Positions 50,825 through 63,096 of a stretch of 64,000 nucleotides of DNA are shown one piece after another. Made by a program: the position numbers and the translations under genes. Positions within the stretch are counted from its first letter, which is position 1. Every line of letters starts with the position of its first letter. The stretch is taken from NCBI RefSeq assembly GCF_000143415.4, contig NW_003314316.1, positions 322,120-386,119 on the forward strand, written 5' to 3'. Under the pieces are notes generated by a model, which had not been told where the DNA came from, ran no database searches, and was given only the letters and a program-made list of their open reading frames with translations. The stretch is from Selaginella moellendorffii (Eukaryota > Plantae > Lycopodiophyta).

Positions 50825-51286
50825 GTAAAGATAAAAGAAGAACACCGGAAAATCTCACCTGGAAGAAAGACAGCGATCGATCCAGCTCTTGGTATGCGTT
50901 GTCGTCCTCTTCCCCTCATCGGCGGCACCTCCATCCCTGGCCTTGCCCCGCCGCTTAAAAACAGCAGCTGGCTTCTTCCTCTCCACTCCCACGAAATCCC
51001 CATCTGGCCGATGGATCAAGATCACAAGAACACTAGCAGCGGGGAAAAGAACACACCTGGGAACAGTGCCTCTTCCGCCATGTCCAAGCTCTGAGGGCTC
51101 AAGCATTTCGAATTTTGGGCGGGAAAGGGTTTAGGGCATACATGTGGACAGAAAATGGCATAAAAAGTATCGGGAAGTGGGCTGTTTTCTAGGTGACAAT
51201 AAGAGGGTCTTGGGACGATGTTTCTCTAGAACTTTGGTCGTGTTCCCTGGGCTATTCCCCTCTAGAATTTGGGAAATCGTTCATTC

Positions 51287-52397
51287 ATGGCTCTTCCAAA
51301 TTTCAATTTGCTATTGCTGATTATCAATGAGAATTTGTTGATCATATTTGCTAGTAAGTCCTCACCTGTGTTTTCCTTTTGATTAAATCTATGCATTGCA
51401 GCTTTTAGTGCTGCGTGCTTGAAAGACTACACCAAAGCAGGAGTTTTAGCTTCTCTGTTCTTGCTTGGAAACTGGATCATAGCTTGGTCTGAGGGGAATA
51501 ACAAAGATCACGTAAGAATTCCCAATCTCTTCATTTGATTTTACATACTCTTGTCCAACAGATCAACATCTCCAATGATCTAGAATCCGCATCATTTGTG
51601 AAAACCACAAGCTCGTCTCGTAAGATAGAATCTCATAACAACAAATCTGGGGAGACAGTCACAACAATGGTCATAGACTTCTTTGCAAAATATCATACCC
51701 CAGGTTAGAAAACATTCTAAGAAACATTCTAAGATCACTAAATCATTGATATTAAAAAACATCACTATTGTTTGTGCGTGCCTGTGCAGCCATGATCTTA
51801 GCTACAGCACTGGTCCCTCTGGTGCTGGACACGAGCAATCGAAAACACTGGCTTTACTTGTCGCTCGTCGTAAGCCCATGCGCTCTTGTGATCTCTAGCA
51901 CAGTCACAACCACTGTCGCAAAAGCCCGAGCTGCGCAATTGGGTCTTGTGATCCAGGGCGGTGCTGGCTGCCTCACGGCTCTTGCAAGGCTCAAGATCCA
52001 GAAGGAGAAACTCCGGGAGGTATTGAGCAACAATGGCGAGATCACTGTGACATGCGAGGATGGCGATGGCAGCAGCGAGCATGCGCGGCCAAGTCTCGAG
52101 CCCAACGAAGTTGCCATGCTCACATCGGCAGCTTGGATTGGGAGAGAGTATGTTGCGGCAGTCTCCTCTTGCAATCTCTTCTTGCTCGTCACAAAGATGC
52201 TCGTCACGGGGTTTGTCGTCGCTGGCTACATTCCAGCGCTTGGGGCAGTGGCCCTCATTGCAGATCTTGGAGCTTGCACGGCGGTGGCTTTGAGAGGATT
52301 TGTCACACTCTTGTTGGTCGAGGAGAAGGGAGCTTCTCGACGAGATCTGGAAGAGCGGAAACAAGGTGAATGGGATTTGAGGACTCCGTTGCTTTAG
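51287..52397 (+). CDS. Truncated P1B-2 (HMA2/3/4-like) ATPase derivative keeping only the transmembrane core; 4 exons (51287-51353, 51402-51511, 51562-51703, 51790-52397), 308 aa
   Basis: GT-AG splicing gives one 927-nt open frame. INENLLIIFA, DY..AG...LF....W, IDFFAKYHTPA, KHWLYLSLVVSPCALVISS, AAQLGLVIQGG..L..LARLKI, VTKM, ADLGACT. No TGE, DKTGT, HP or GDGxND motifs. Confidence 0.72.
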
Positions 52398-52516
52398 AAT
52401 TCTCCAAGTGTTTGCCTTCAAATTGAAACCAAAAGTGTGCCATATGGTGATGCTACAGTTAAGAATAGAGCGTATATGCTGTATACATGTGTTTACAAAA
52501 TGACAATACTTAGTTT

Positions 52517-52535
52517 GTATGTATGTATGTATGTA

Positions 52536-52578
<43 letters not shown>
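52517..52578. repeat. Compound microsatellite (GTAT)n(AT)n
   Basis: Directly visible. Confidence 0.95.
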
Positions 52579-52582
<4 letters not shown>

Positions 52583-53052
52583 TCTTATAAACTGAAAATA
52601 AGTTTTAGATTTTTCTAGTCATTAATATAAGACAGCCAAAAGATCATGAATTGCAATCTCAGAAGTTCTTACCACAATTAATATACATATTCTCATATCA
52701 TACAATTATATTTATACATTTAATTTTTATTTCACTTAGCAATAATGTATGGTTTACTTTGAATTTTACCAATTTATAATATAAAATTTAAATAACAAAA
52801 GGCAATATATTCACATAGGTTTCAACTTGACTTGGAGACTGAGGTCTCTTAACTATAAAATAGAAGCTTTTATATTTTACAGAATATATGAAGTTATTCT
52901 TAAATAACTAGATAATAAATAAATAATAATAAAGTTTGTCAGCTGAGAAATCTCCTTTCCATGCTTCTATAGGGAAAAAAATATTTCAAGCCAAAGAGTG
53001 AAGAATGTTGTATATCTGCACAAAACATAGTATATCCACTATGTTTGCTTAC

Positions 53053-53342
53053 CTCAGGAGTAAGCTGAGCTCGATCCAGCTCGCGTAGGATCGCGGGAAC
53101 TCTGGCATTGCTCTCCGGATGACCCTCCTGGAAATCAGGTCCATATTCATGAAAACAGGAAATCTGTCGAACTAGAACTTATTACTCACTTGATTGTTGC
53201 CCCGAGCAGGAGCTGAGCAGTACAAGATACGTGAATCTTCACTCACAGTTGCTGCAAACGCTGGGGCCTTGTGACAAGAACGTAAACTCGATCCTGCGAG
53301 GACTCGGGACGTGCAAGAAACCATGCCCCACTCACTCGACAT
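53053..53342 (-). pseudogene. HDA14: 5' fragment (transit peptide plus first two exons) of an HDA14-like histone deacetylase
   Basis: SRILYCSAPARGNNQ | EGHPESNARVPAILRELDRAQLTPE | with GT-AG introns. No downstream HDAC exons recognisable in the adjacent AT-rich DNA. Confidence 0.7.
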
Positions 53343-53405
53343 GCCCAACCTAAAAAGTTTCAAGATATCTTTCACTTGGAACTATTGTATGTTAGAGAAA
53401 AAGTT

Positions 53406-55263
53406 TTATTTTCGAAGCAGGCCATTGATAGAGTTAACACTGAGGAAGCCAGCCTTAAGTTTGCCGCTGGTCATCCTCAAGTCGTCAATTATATAGCTCC
53501 AAGTCAAACCCAACACTCCCACAAAGAAATCACACTCGGCTGCCATGACCAAGTTTATAAAGGCCGTGTTGAACGCTTGCTTGTCTCCAAGCAACGCCAT
53601 ATACTCCGCCATCCTGATCGTTCCAACTTGCCTTGGAACATCACTGTAATAAAACTTCCAGCCTTTGTACTCCTTGGATTCATCCACGACGTTCTAAACC
53701 ATGCAAAAGCTTTGTGATTTCAAATCTTTGTCAATGGCTTTCTTACCTGCATTTCTGTGGAAAGCCACACACTTCTTACGTGTGGGAATCTCTTCCGGAG
53801 GACATTAGCGAGCTTCATGTATTCGTCAAAAGAGACTACTCTCATCTCGCTGGCTTTGTCACCCTGTCTCACATGAATGCTTAACAGAGGCCGCGGCATC
53901 CAAGGTCCATAGTCACTCCACACATGTTCTTCCATGGGATTACTGGAATTACGCTTACTCTCATTTCTTGTATGCGGCCATTCAGTGCCAAGGGTTTTAA
54001 GCACCAGTTTTGCAACTTCTTCCCCAAAGGCTCTATGTCGTTCTTTGTTTAAAAGATTGCACAGATACTCACTTGGAAATCGTGTGAGATAGCGAAGTGC
54101 CTGTATACGTTAATTCTAGATCATTAGCCTACCATTTGATGAATGAGAAACTTGCCTGAGCTCTCCACCACCTTCGATGATTTGTGTGGTAATTTGTCAT
54201 GAGCTTGTCTTTTACCCCCACAGTTGGTCGCATTGCTTTCCAAGGCTCTCCCCAAAAACTAAAAACCAGATAATACTAAGTTACTGTATGAAAAAAACTC
54301 TTTTTTCTCACCTTGGTATCTCACCATTCCATTGATCGCCACTAAACTCTTTGATAATTCCCTCGTCCCAGGCCTGTTTTTGCTCAGCAAGCCGCAATGC
54401 CCTTTCCATGCACTCCTCAGAAGCCTCGGGAACAAAGTAGCACGACCAGCGAGCGTGGTTGGATCCTAGCATTATTTTAACACTTTGAAAACATCAGCCC
54501 GAGATAGTCGATAAAAGAGTTTTGAAACCTGTGCATCCTTTGTGCCTGGCACCGTGGTAATCCTTGGTAATGAAAACCCGGCCTTGTATTAGCGCAGCTC
54601 CAAGCATTCCGGCCATTGACACCATGTCAGATCCAACTCCTACCGAGTCGCGCGTCTCGTCGTGGTGCCAAAGTGCGAGAAGAAATCTCGCATCGGTACA
54701 GTTTTTCGGGTGTTGGTGCAACCAAATATCACGCTGGACGCGTCGCGTTAACGGGATATTATCGTCATCACCGCTAATGACCTGTCCAAGAGCAGCAAAA
54801 GGCTACTGAGAAAACCAAGAAAACGAGAAAGATTACCCGATCTAAGAAGAACCTACCTATAAGAGAACTTACCCATGCTGATGCTTGTCTCTGAATTCAT
54901 GTCAAGCTCCTCTTTTTGCTGGTAAAATCCCTTCCAGGATGGATCGTTCCTGCGATCAAACTCTGCAGTCTCCTGGCTGCATCGCTTGCAATCCTGGATG
55001 TGCGGTGCATTGATCGTCACCTCGGGAGGCGTTGCACCGCTCACTCTCGACTACAGATCGCTGCTCCACAGATCGACCAGGAGTTTTACTCTGCTCGACG
55101 CAGCCGAGGTCGAGGAATTAATTGATCTTGGTGCGGGTGTTGGTGTTACACTAGCCTCTTGGCGATCCTGTTTCATCCAGTTCATTCTGAAACTAATCAA
55201 ACAACCAAGTTCAAGGACAAGATCCAAAACAGGAGCCATTTCAGGGAATCCTTCTCCTTTCAT
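53406..55263 (-). pseudogene. GT23/FUT8-like locus, copy C; in-frame TAG at 55051-55053 and apparent frameshifts in the 5' part
   Basis: APHIQDCKRC, VQRDIWLHQHP.NC, GVGSDMVSM, RWWRAQALRY, SIHVRQGDKASEM, WLSTEMQ, FVGVLGLTWS. Confidence 0.78.
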
Positions 55264-55601
55264 CCTTTTGAGAAATTAGACGAGCACCTAATAGAGATCA
55301 TGATCCTATAGTACAGTTGACTAATGCGACCATGATGGAGATTTTTTTGTGGAAGTAAATTCACGAACGTGCTGAACACTAGATTTCTCGTTTCAGCAAC
55401 AAAACAACAGTAAAGAAGAATAGCTGTCTGATTATACCAAGTGCGTGCGCCACATGTAACGTAAAATACTCATTTTTACAGTCTGTACCAAAATCGAATC
55501 TAGCAAAGAGAAGGGCCGTCCGATCTCCTCCATCCAAGGGTACAGACTAGAAAGCTTAAGATGAGTTTGAATGTCAGTCGAGCTTACCTTACTCCAAAAC
55601 T

Positions 55602-57885
55602 ATGTTTGGGAGCAATGGACTGAGGAAGATTTTTGGGATTGGGGTTACAGCTCTTGTGCTTTTATTCATAATAATCGCTAACATTTTGTGGAGTAAGAGT
55701 AGTGTTGATTCTTTCTGGCATGTTGGCCCTTCAAAGTCTTTGGTGAAATGGGATGATCACAACAGCACAGGAGTTTTCATATGGCCAGTCCCCCAAAAAC
55801 GTCTCCAAGGGATCGATTTCCATGAGACTGTGCACAAAGTTTGCCATAACTCCTCCCAGAACTTTAAAAGTCTTGCAAGCAGGGATTGATCGCTACACGG
55901 TATTGATTCTCAAGCAGAGAAAGCTAAGGATTCCAGCGAAAAAGAATCCACCAGATTTTGTTTTGGACGAACTTCGTATCGAGCTCAAGTCATTCAACCA
56001 AAGCGTGAGAGAGACAAAAATTTTAACTTATTTTTCTAGGGAGCTCTATCTTGGTGTAGATGAATCGTATCGCCTCCAAGTCCCCGACCCTTCAAATTCA
56101 AGGGTAGTATTAGCAAAATCTTTGAAGTTGAGCGCTGGTTCACCTCCTTTCTAGCGGCAAGAACTGTCTATGGGGCCCTACGAGGACTCGAGGTAGGCTT
56201 GAAAACAAAAGTTTTGGATTTGCTAAACTATTTGCATTTTTTATAGACTTTTAGCCAGATTTGCACTTACAATGCTGTCGAAAGAGCTGTGCTTTTGCAA
56301 GGCTGCCCATGGAACATTTTTGACGAGCCTAGATTTTCATATCGAGGCCTTTTGATTGGTGAGAACTTTTTTTCTTTAGAACAGACAACGGCCTCTAATT
56401 AATTTTCACTCGCTTACCAGATACTGCTCGACACTACTTGCCATTAAAGACGATAGAGAATGTGATCGACTCCATGGCCTACGCGAAGCTTGTGAGTTCC
56501 AATTTCTCTATCCCTTATATATGAGCCGAGCCCCTTTCTAACTTCTTTGCCTCCAGGATGTCTTGCACTGGCATGTTGTCGACGAGGAGTCCTTCCCTTT
56601 GGAGATTCCATCGTTTCGAAAGGCTCCTACTCTATCTCTCAGCGCTACAACCTCGATGATGCAAAAGCTATAGTCAAGTAAGCTATACTTTGAAAGAGAG
56701 TGCAAATGTCCATGCTTTTATTCTTATACAGGTATGCTCGATTGCGAGGTATACATGTCATGCCAGAGATTGATGTCCCAGGCCACGCTCGCTCATGGTA
56801 AACTTCTTCTGCCTCCATTGTAAATTAATAGATTTACTTGCGTGTAGGGGAGTTGGATATCCTGAGCTATGGCCCTCTGAAAACTGCAAAACACCTCTGG
56901 ACATCAGTAAGAATTTCACTTTTGAGGTGATAGATGGCATATTTTCCGGTATGAACATGTTTTATATTGAATCAAAATCCTTGTGTCAACTCTATGCTGC
57001 CTAGATCTCTCAAAGGTGTTTCCATTCGAGCTCCTTCATATAGGAGGAGATGAAGTTAACACTAGTAAGCAGCAAATTTTCTTGGTGATTGTCAGCTTAT
57101 TTTCTGCTAAACAGGATGCTGGGAAATCACAGAACCTGTAAATGACTGGTACGTTAGATTCGGTTTTACGAAACATCCAACTGTCTGAAGCAGGCTGAGA
57201 AAGCACAATTTAACACCTTCACAGGGCTATGAGTTTTTTGTGCTTCAAGTGCAAAAACTGGCCTTGAAACATGGATACGTTCCTGTCAACTGGTAAGGAG
57301 ATTAGCCATGTCGGATTCCATTAAGTTTTGCTCTCTCTAGGCAAGAACCATTTGAAAAATTTGGACCAAGTTTGTCAAGGAAAACAATTGTTCACAACTG
57401 GTAACTTATCAAAAGGGGTTGTCTCTCTAACTCAGATTGTTCAAATGGCTATTCAGGTGGGGCACTCAAATTCCTCCCAACACTGTCAGCTCGGGCCTCA
57501 AGAGTATAGTTAGCGAGCAATTTTCATGGTCACATTGATATACCATGGGAGGAGTTTTATTCAAAGGAACCATATGATAACATTGCCAGCCACAAAGAAC
57601 AGCAGTTGATTATTGGAGGTGAGGTTTGTATGTGGGGTGAGAAAGTTGATGCAGCCAATATCCAACAAAGAATATGGCCAAGGGCAGCAGCGGCGGCAGG
57701 CAAGCTAGCTTCACTGTATTTGCTTTCTTGGCTAACAATTTTTATTTTGGCCAGAGGGGCTTTGGAGCCCATCTAATGTCACAGGTTTGGGTCCCAAAAA
57801 TGCTGCTCCTAGGCCTGAATTTTTCAGAAGCCTGCTGAATGAAAGAGGAATAGCTGCTTCTCCAGTGAAATCAAAAGAAGGCTGA
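55602..57885 (+). pseudogene. Beta-N-acetylhexosaminidase (GH20), copy B, with frameshift and deletions
   Basis: TM anchor, IWPVP (frameshift ~55795), [34 protein letters not shown]. Deletions near 56615 (PELW) and 57530 (WYLDH). Confidence 0.82.
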
Positions 57886-57940
57886 AGACACCCCAGGGAA
57901 TATCTAGGAGTTTGCTCTAAAATAGAACCGCTGCCCACAG

Positions 57941-60310
57941 TGAGGACAGGGTATGCTCATAGTGGCTTGACGTTCTCTTGCTTCTCGTCGTAAGTCGCTC
58001 ATTCACACGATCGAGGGCGCTTCGCCGAGGACCTCTTCGTTGAGGCATCTTTTTTCCTTTATTCTCTTCTCCTCACATATAATTGATCTCCTGTTTTTTC
58101 CCCCTTAAGTGTCCCCAATGGTCGTGACCCTAATACTGAAGTGGCGGCAAATGGAATATTCCCTCAGTTCTACCCCCACCTATTGGCCCGGAGCACACAG
58201 CTCCACGGCAGCTTCATCTCGCTCATGGTACTTGCGCAGGCGAGCTCCATTAACACGAGTAGGTAACAAGTTCCCACTAAGATCTTCAAGCTGAACCGAG
58301 CCATTGGTAAAAACTTCAACGATGCGATATGGGCCAAGCCAGCGAATACGGAGTTTCCCAGGCTTTTTCCAGTGCTTGCTATCGTAAAGGAGAACCTGAT
58401 CACCAGCAGAAAAATTTTTAGCATGCAAATGACGATCGTACCAGACTTTGCGGCGCTTCTGAAGTGCTTCGCGAGCTTGGAAAGCGAGAAGTCGACGCTC
58501 GTCGAGTTGGAGAAGTGTGTCCAGTCGAGCTTGAAGAGTGTTGTCCCAGTCCAAGTTGTGCTCGACAGCCATACGGAGAGATGGAATCTCAAGCTCGAGT
58601 GGTAGGATGGCTTCTTGTCCATAAACAAGCTGGAACGGTGAAGCTTTGGTGGTGACCTTGTAAGCAACGCAGTATGCCCAGAGAGCATCCAACAAGCGTT
58701 GATCCCAATCTGTGCGAGAAGCACTGGCAAGCTTCGTGATAATGTCGCACAGTATCTTATTGGTGCGCTCCACCTGTCCGTTAGCACGAGGGTGATAGGG
58801 AGTGGACTTACGATGAGCGATGCCATACTTCTCCACCAAGGTCGCGATCACTTGATTGATAAAGTGAGTACCTCTATCGCTCACCAGCTCCAAAGGGCAG
58901 CCAAATCTCGTGATGATGTTCTTGTAAAGAAAAGTCGCAACCTTGGCAGCTGTGTCTTCCGTGAGAGCTTCTGCCTCGGCCCACTTCATGACATAGTCCG
59001 TGCACACGAGAATGTAGCGGCAACGGGAAGGATGGCTGGCTGGCTTGATCGGTCCCACAAAATCGATGCCCCACTTCTCAAAAGGAAGCACCGGAAGTAG
59101 AGGATTAAGCGGCATCAGATCACGACGAGTTGGGCGACCAGCACGCTGGCAGGGATCGCAGGTCCAAACGTAGGCAGCAACATCCTTGTGAAGCGTTGGC
59201 CACCAGTAGCCTGCTTGGAGAACCAACCGAATTGTTCCTTGTGAGGAGAAGTGGCCGCCATAAGGTGAGTCATGGCATGATGCTATGACTGTCTCCACCT
59301 CATGAGGAAGGATACAACGGCGTAGAACATCGTCACGGCCAAGGATGTAGAGCTGGCCATGCAGGAGAGAGTATGGACGAGCCTGGATAATAAGTCGCTT
59401 GCGTGCGGTGACCGTAAAGTCAGCAGGGAACTCGCCGGTAGCCAGATAATCTGCAATCCCTTGATACCATTCGGGAACAGCGTCGACCGCAAAGAGATCC
59501 GTGGTGTCGCAAGAAAACAGAGTTGCATCAGCTGGGTCATCCTCAAGGTCCTGGGAGGAGGGAGGGCCTGGCAATCGTGAAAGGTGATCGGCCATGGCAT
59601 GAGCGCGGCCGGGTTTCAGGATCACCTCAAAGTCAAATTCCTGGAGGATGATGAGCCAGCGAGATATGCGACCTGTGCTGCAAGGCTTGTTGACGAGGTA
59701 CTTGAGGGCTTGGTGATCCACGAAAAATTTGAAGTGTGTGCCCAACAGGTAGTGGCGATACTTCTGCAAAGATCATGCCTAAGCCTTCCCGTTCAGTGGC
59801 AGAGTAGTTGCGCTCGGCAGAGGAGAGTTGGCGGCTTGCGTAGAAAATAGGGTGATCGATGCCCTCTCGCAGCTGGCAAAGAACAGCGCCGACAGCAAAG
59901 GCAGAAGCATCCACGTGGACGTGGAAAATAACTGTCCAGTCAGGAACGGCTAAAATCGGAGCAGTGATCAGAGCTCCCCAGAGAAGCTCAAATGCGTCCT
60001 GACACGCTGGTGTCCACTCATAAGGCACGCCGGCCTTCAAGAGTTTCGTCAGAGGCAAAGCTTTAGTTGCGAAATCGTAGATAAAGCAGCGATGGTAGCC
60101 GACATGGCCCAAGAAAGCTTGAAGATCTTTTTTAACGCGCGGTGGTTCCAGGTTCTTCACGATAGCCACCTTAGCTGGATCCACAGCTAATCCTTCCCAG
60201 GAGACCACTCGACCGAGAAGAATGCCACGGGGAATGCCAAACGAACACTTGGAGGGATTTAGAGAAATGCCATAGAAACAGCAACGTTCAAAACATTTTT
60301 CGAGTTTTAT
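57941..60310 (-). mobile_element. Truncated gypsy element related to the 42-49 kb element: RT end, RNase H, integrase, PPT and a 226-bp 3' LTR (57941-58166)
   Basis: ORFs 59633-60208 and 58180-59769 closely parallel the 42927-47213 pol. LTR TGAGG...CCTCA. PPT-like GGTGGGGGTAGAAC at 58167-58180. Frameshift near 59767. Confidence 0.9.
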
Positions 60311-62631
60311 GCAATGAGATAATTAGATCTCTAAAATATTGTCAATTTATTGATCTTTGAGTTTAGGCCAGTATAGGTAAATTGGCTTTGGCACTTCATA
60401 TGCATGGTGAAATCTTTAGTTATGGGGGTGGCTACTATAGACTAGTCACATCAACTGAATCCTAGTAGCTGAAACCAAGTAGGACCAAGTAGGAGCTGGT
60501 ACCATAGGCGGGAACCTTGGCGAGGGAACTTAACAAAAGCCAAGGCAGTGTTGGATGGGTATACGAGGTAAACTGGCAAATTGGAAAGGAAAAATTTGTG
60601 GCTTACAATTTGGTATTGGAGCCTTTTCCTCAATTCTAGCGAAGGATAGAGGCGGATTGCTGGGAGATGGCAAAGGCAGGGTGGAAGCGAACCAAGGTGG
60701 AGATAGAACCTCCTCCAGAGATGGAGCCTCCGGTTGGTGGACAAAGGGTATGTTAGGTTGAGCAAGTTGCCATATGGGGCGCCGATGCTATTTGTGAAAA
60801 AGAAAGATGGATCTATGTGCATGTGCATAGACTACCGGTTGCTCAACAAATATACAAAGAAGAACAAGTACCTTTTGCCAAGGATTGAGGACCTGTTTGA
60901 TAGGTTGGGAAAGGCAAAATACTTCTTGAGGATTGACCTAAGGTCAGAATACTACCAGATCAGGGTAGCAGAGGAAGATGTCGAGAAGACAATCTGTCGA
61001 ACGAGGTATGGGAGCTTCGAGTTTCTGGTGATGCCCTTCGGGCTATGCAATGTGCCGGCAACATTTTCAGCATTGATGAACCATATCTTTGTACCCTATT
61101 TGGATCACTTTGTGGTTGTCTATATTGACGACATCCTGATCTATAGCAAAACGCTAGAGGAGCATGCTAAACACTTGACGAAAGTGTTTGAGAAACTAAG
61201 GGAACACCAACTGTATGCTAAAGAGAGCAAATGTGACTTTGCTCAACAAGAGGTAAAGTTTCTCGGGCATGTGGTGGGCAAGGACGGGCTCAAGGTGGAC
61301 CCTGAGAAGGTCCAAGCGATCCAGGATTGGGAGCGACCATCGAATGTACATGAGTTAAGGGCATTCTTAGGGTTATGCAACTACTATCAAAAGTTTATCA
61401 AACACTATTCGAGAGTAGCCCTGCCCTTAACGGACCAAACGGGAAAAAGGAAGATGGTATGAACAGCGGAATGCGAGGTGGCATTCGTCCACCTCAAGGG
61501 GAAGTTGAGGAAGGCTCCCGTGTTAGCGTTACTAGACTTTGGTAAGGACTTTGAGGTAGAAACAGATGCTTCAAACTTTGCGTTGGGCATAGTTTTGAAG
61601 CAAGACAACCATCCAGTAGCGTTCTTCTCGAAAAAGTTGGACAAGGCTCAACAGAAGTGGCCTGCCCATGAGAAGGAATTGTTTGCGGTGGTCAAGGCAC
61701 TCAAGGAGTGGTGACATTACCTTGGGAGACACTTCAAGGTTTATACGGACAATGTGGCAATGAAACACTTCTTGTCACAGCCCGACCTGAGGGGAAAACA
61801 AGGTTGGTGGGCCAATGCTTTGGCCGAGTTTGATTGTGAGATTCTATACAAGCCTGGGAATGGCAACATCGTGGCAGATGTGATAAGTCGAAAAGCGAGC
61901 TTGAAGTTGGCGATATCTAGCGCGACAGCAACCTTTTGGGATGATGTGCGGACCGCATACGAGAACGATGGTCTAGCACAAGAAATGTTGCTGAGGAATC
62001 TAAAGGCACAGGAAGCTCACCAGAGAGGTGAGCTGCCAACAGAAGAGAAAACGGGCTATGCGGAACGCAATGGACTCATATATTACAAGCAAACGAGGTG
62101 TATGTTCTAGAAAGGGAACTAAGAAAGGTAGCCTTGGAAGAGTGTCATGACGGACCTCTTGTGGGACACGGCGGAGTGCCAAGACAATGGGCTTACTCAA
62201 GAGGAAATACCACTAGCCAGATATGGCTAAGGATGTCCAAGACTATGTAAAGATATGTCCCACATGTCAGTAGGTCAAAGCCGTGACTAAGGCTAGTGGG
62301 GGCTTGTTACAAAGCATCCCAATTCCAGATCGTCCGTGGAAATGTCTTACAATGGACTTCATCACGGGACTTCCCCCAAGCGGGGGGTTCGATGCGATAT
62401 TCGTGGTGGTGGATAGATTTTCGAAGATGGCACATTTCATACCCACCACAACGGAAGTGGATGCGGAAGGTGTGGCGAAGCTGTTCTTTGAATAAGTGGT
62501 TCGAGTGCGGGGAAGGCCGGAAGAGATTATCTCAGATCGAGATAAAATCTTCACCAGTAGGTTCTGGAGGACATTCCTAGAACAGTATCACACCAAGTTG
62601 AAATTCAGCACAGCCTATCACCCGTAGACAA

Positions 62632-62678
62632 GTAATGGGTATTAAGTCAAGGTTGATGGCACTAACACTTCTTGACAG
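62632..62678 (+). other. 47-nt GT-AG intron-like insert in the integrase core
   Basis: GTAATG...CTAAC...TTGACAG. Removal restores HP(Q)T-(D/N)GQTER. Confidence 0.75.
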
Positions 62679-63096
62679 ACGGACAAACGGAAAGGGTGAA
62701 TAGGCAGCTGGAGGATTATTTGCGATGCTGTGTCTCGGGAGACCATACCAATTGGGTAAGTCATTTGGGACTTGCGGAAATGTGTTATAACAACTCACCA
62801 CATTCGAGCATCGGGGTGAGTCCATGGGAAGTCATCAATGGGCGAGCTATCAAAGGTCCTGCGGAACTCGGTGTGGCCGAGTATCATGGAGAGTTACCCG
62901 CAGTGGAGGCATTCACGGCGGAAAGACTCAACATTTGGAATCTAGTGAGGGATTCCTTGGAACGGGCTCAACAAAGGCAAACTAAGTACGCGAACCAGAA
63001 GCGCCGGGATGTAGAGTTCCAAGCTGGGGAGAAGGTGTGGCTGAACACCAAGAACCTCAGGCTACCAAGTGGGATCAGCCGGAAGTTGACCCAAAG

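Larger units (their letters stand above)
41440..51106 (-). pseudogene. HASPIN: Haspin kinase pseudogene, interrupted by an LTR retrotransposon (exon) and a hAT element (intron), 3'-truncated
   Basis: AVFKRR...KSW..CLSSR, F.EVDAFEL.EESPSPK (ORF 49510-49920), IVKIGEGTFGEAYK...KVVPMDGSFKVNGETQK (~41718-41835), EVLLSNTLNWL* (TGA 41609-41611). Matches the plant Haspin layout from memory. Confidence 0.85.

Noticed and set aside
60568-60639. Third GT...AG intron candidate in the chromovirus
   Set aside because: The span contains the LTR end and PBS and interrupts no recognisable reading frame; better explained as LTR/leader.
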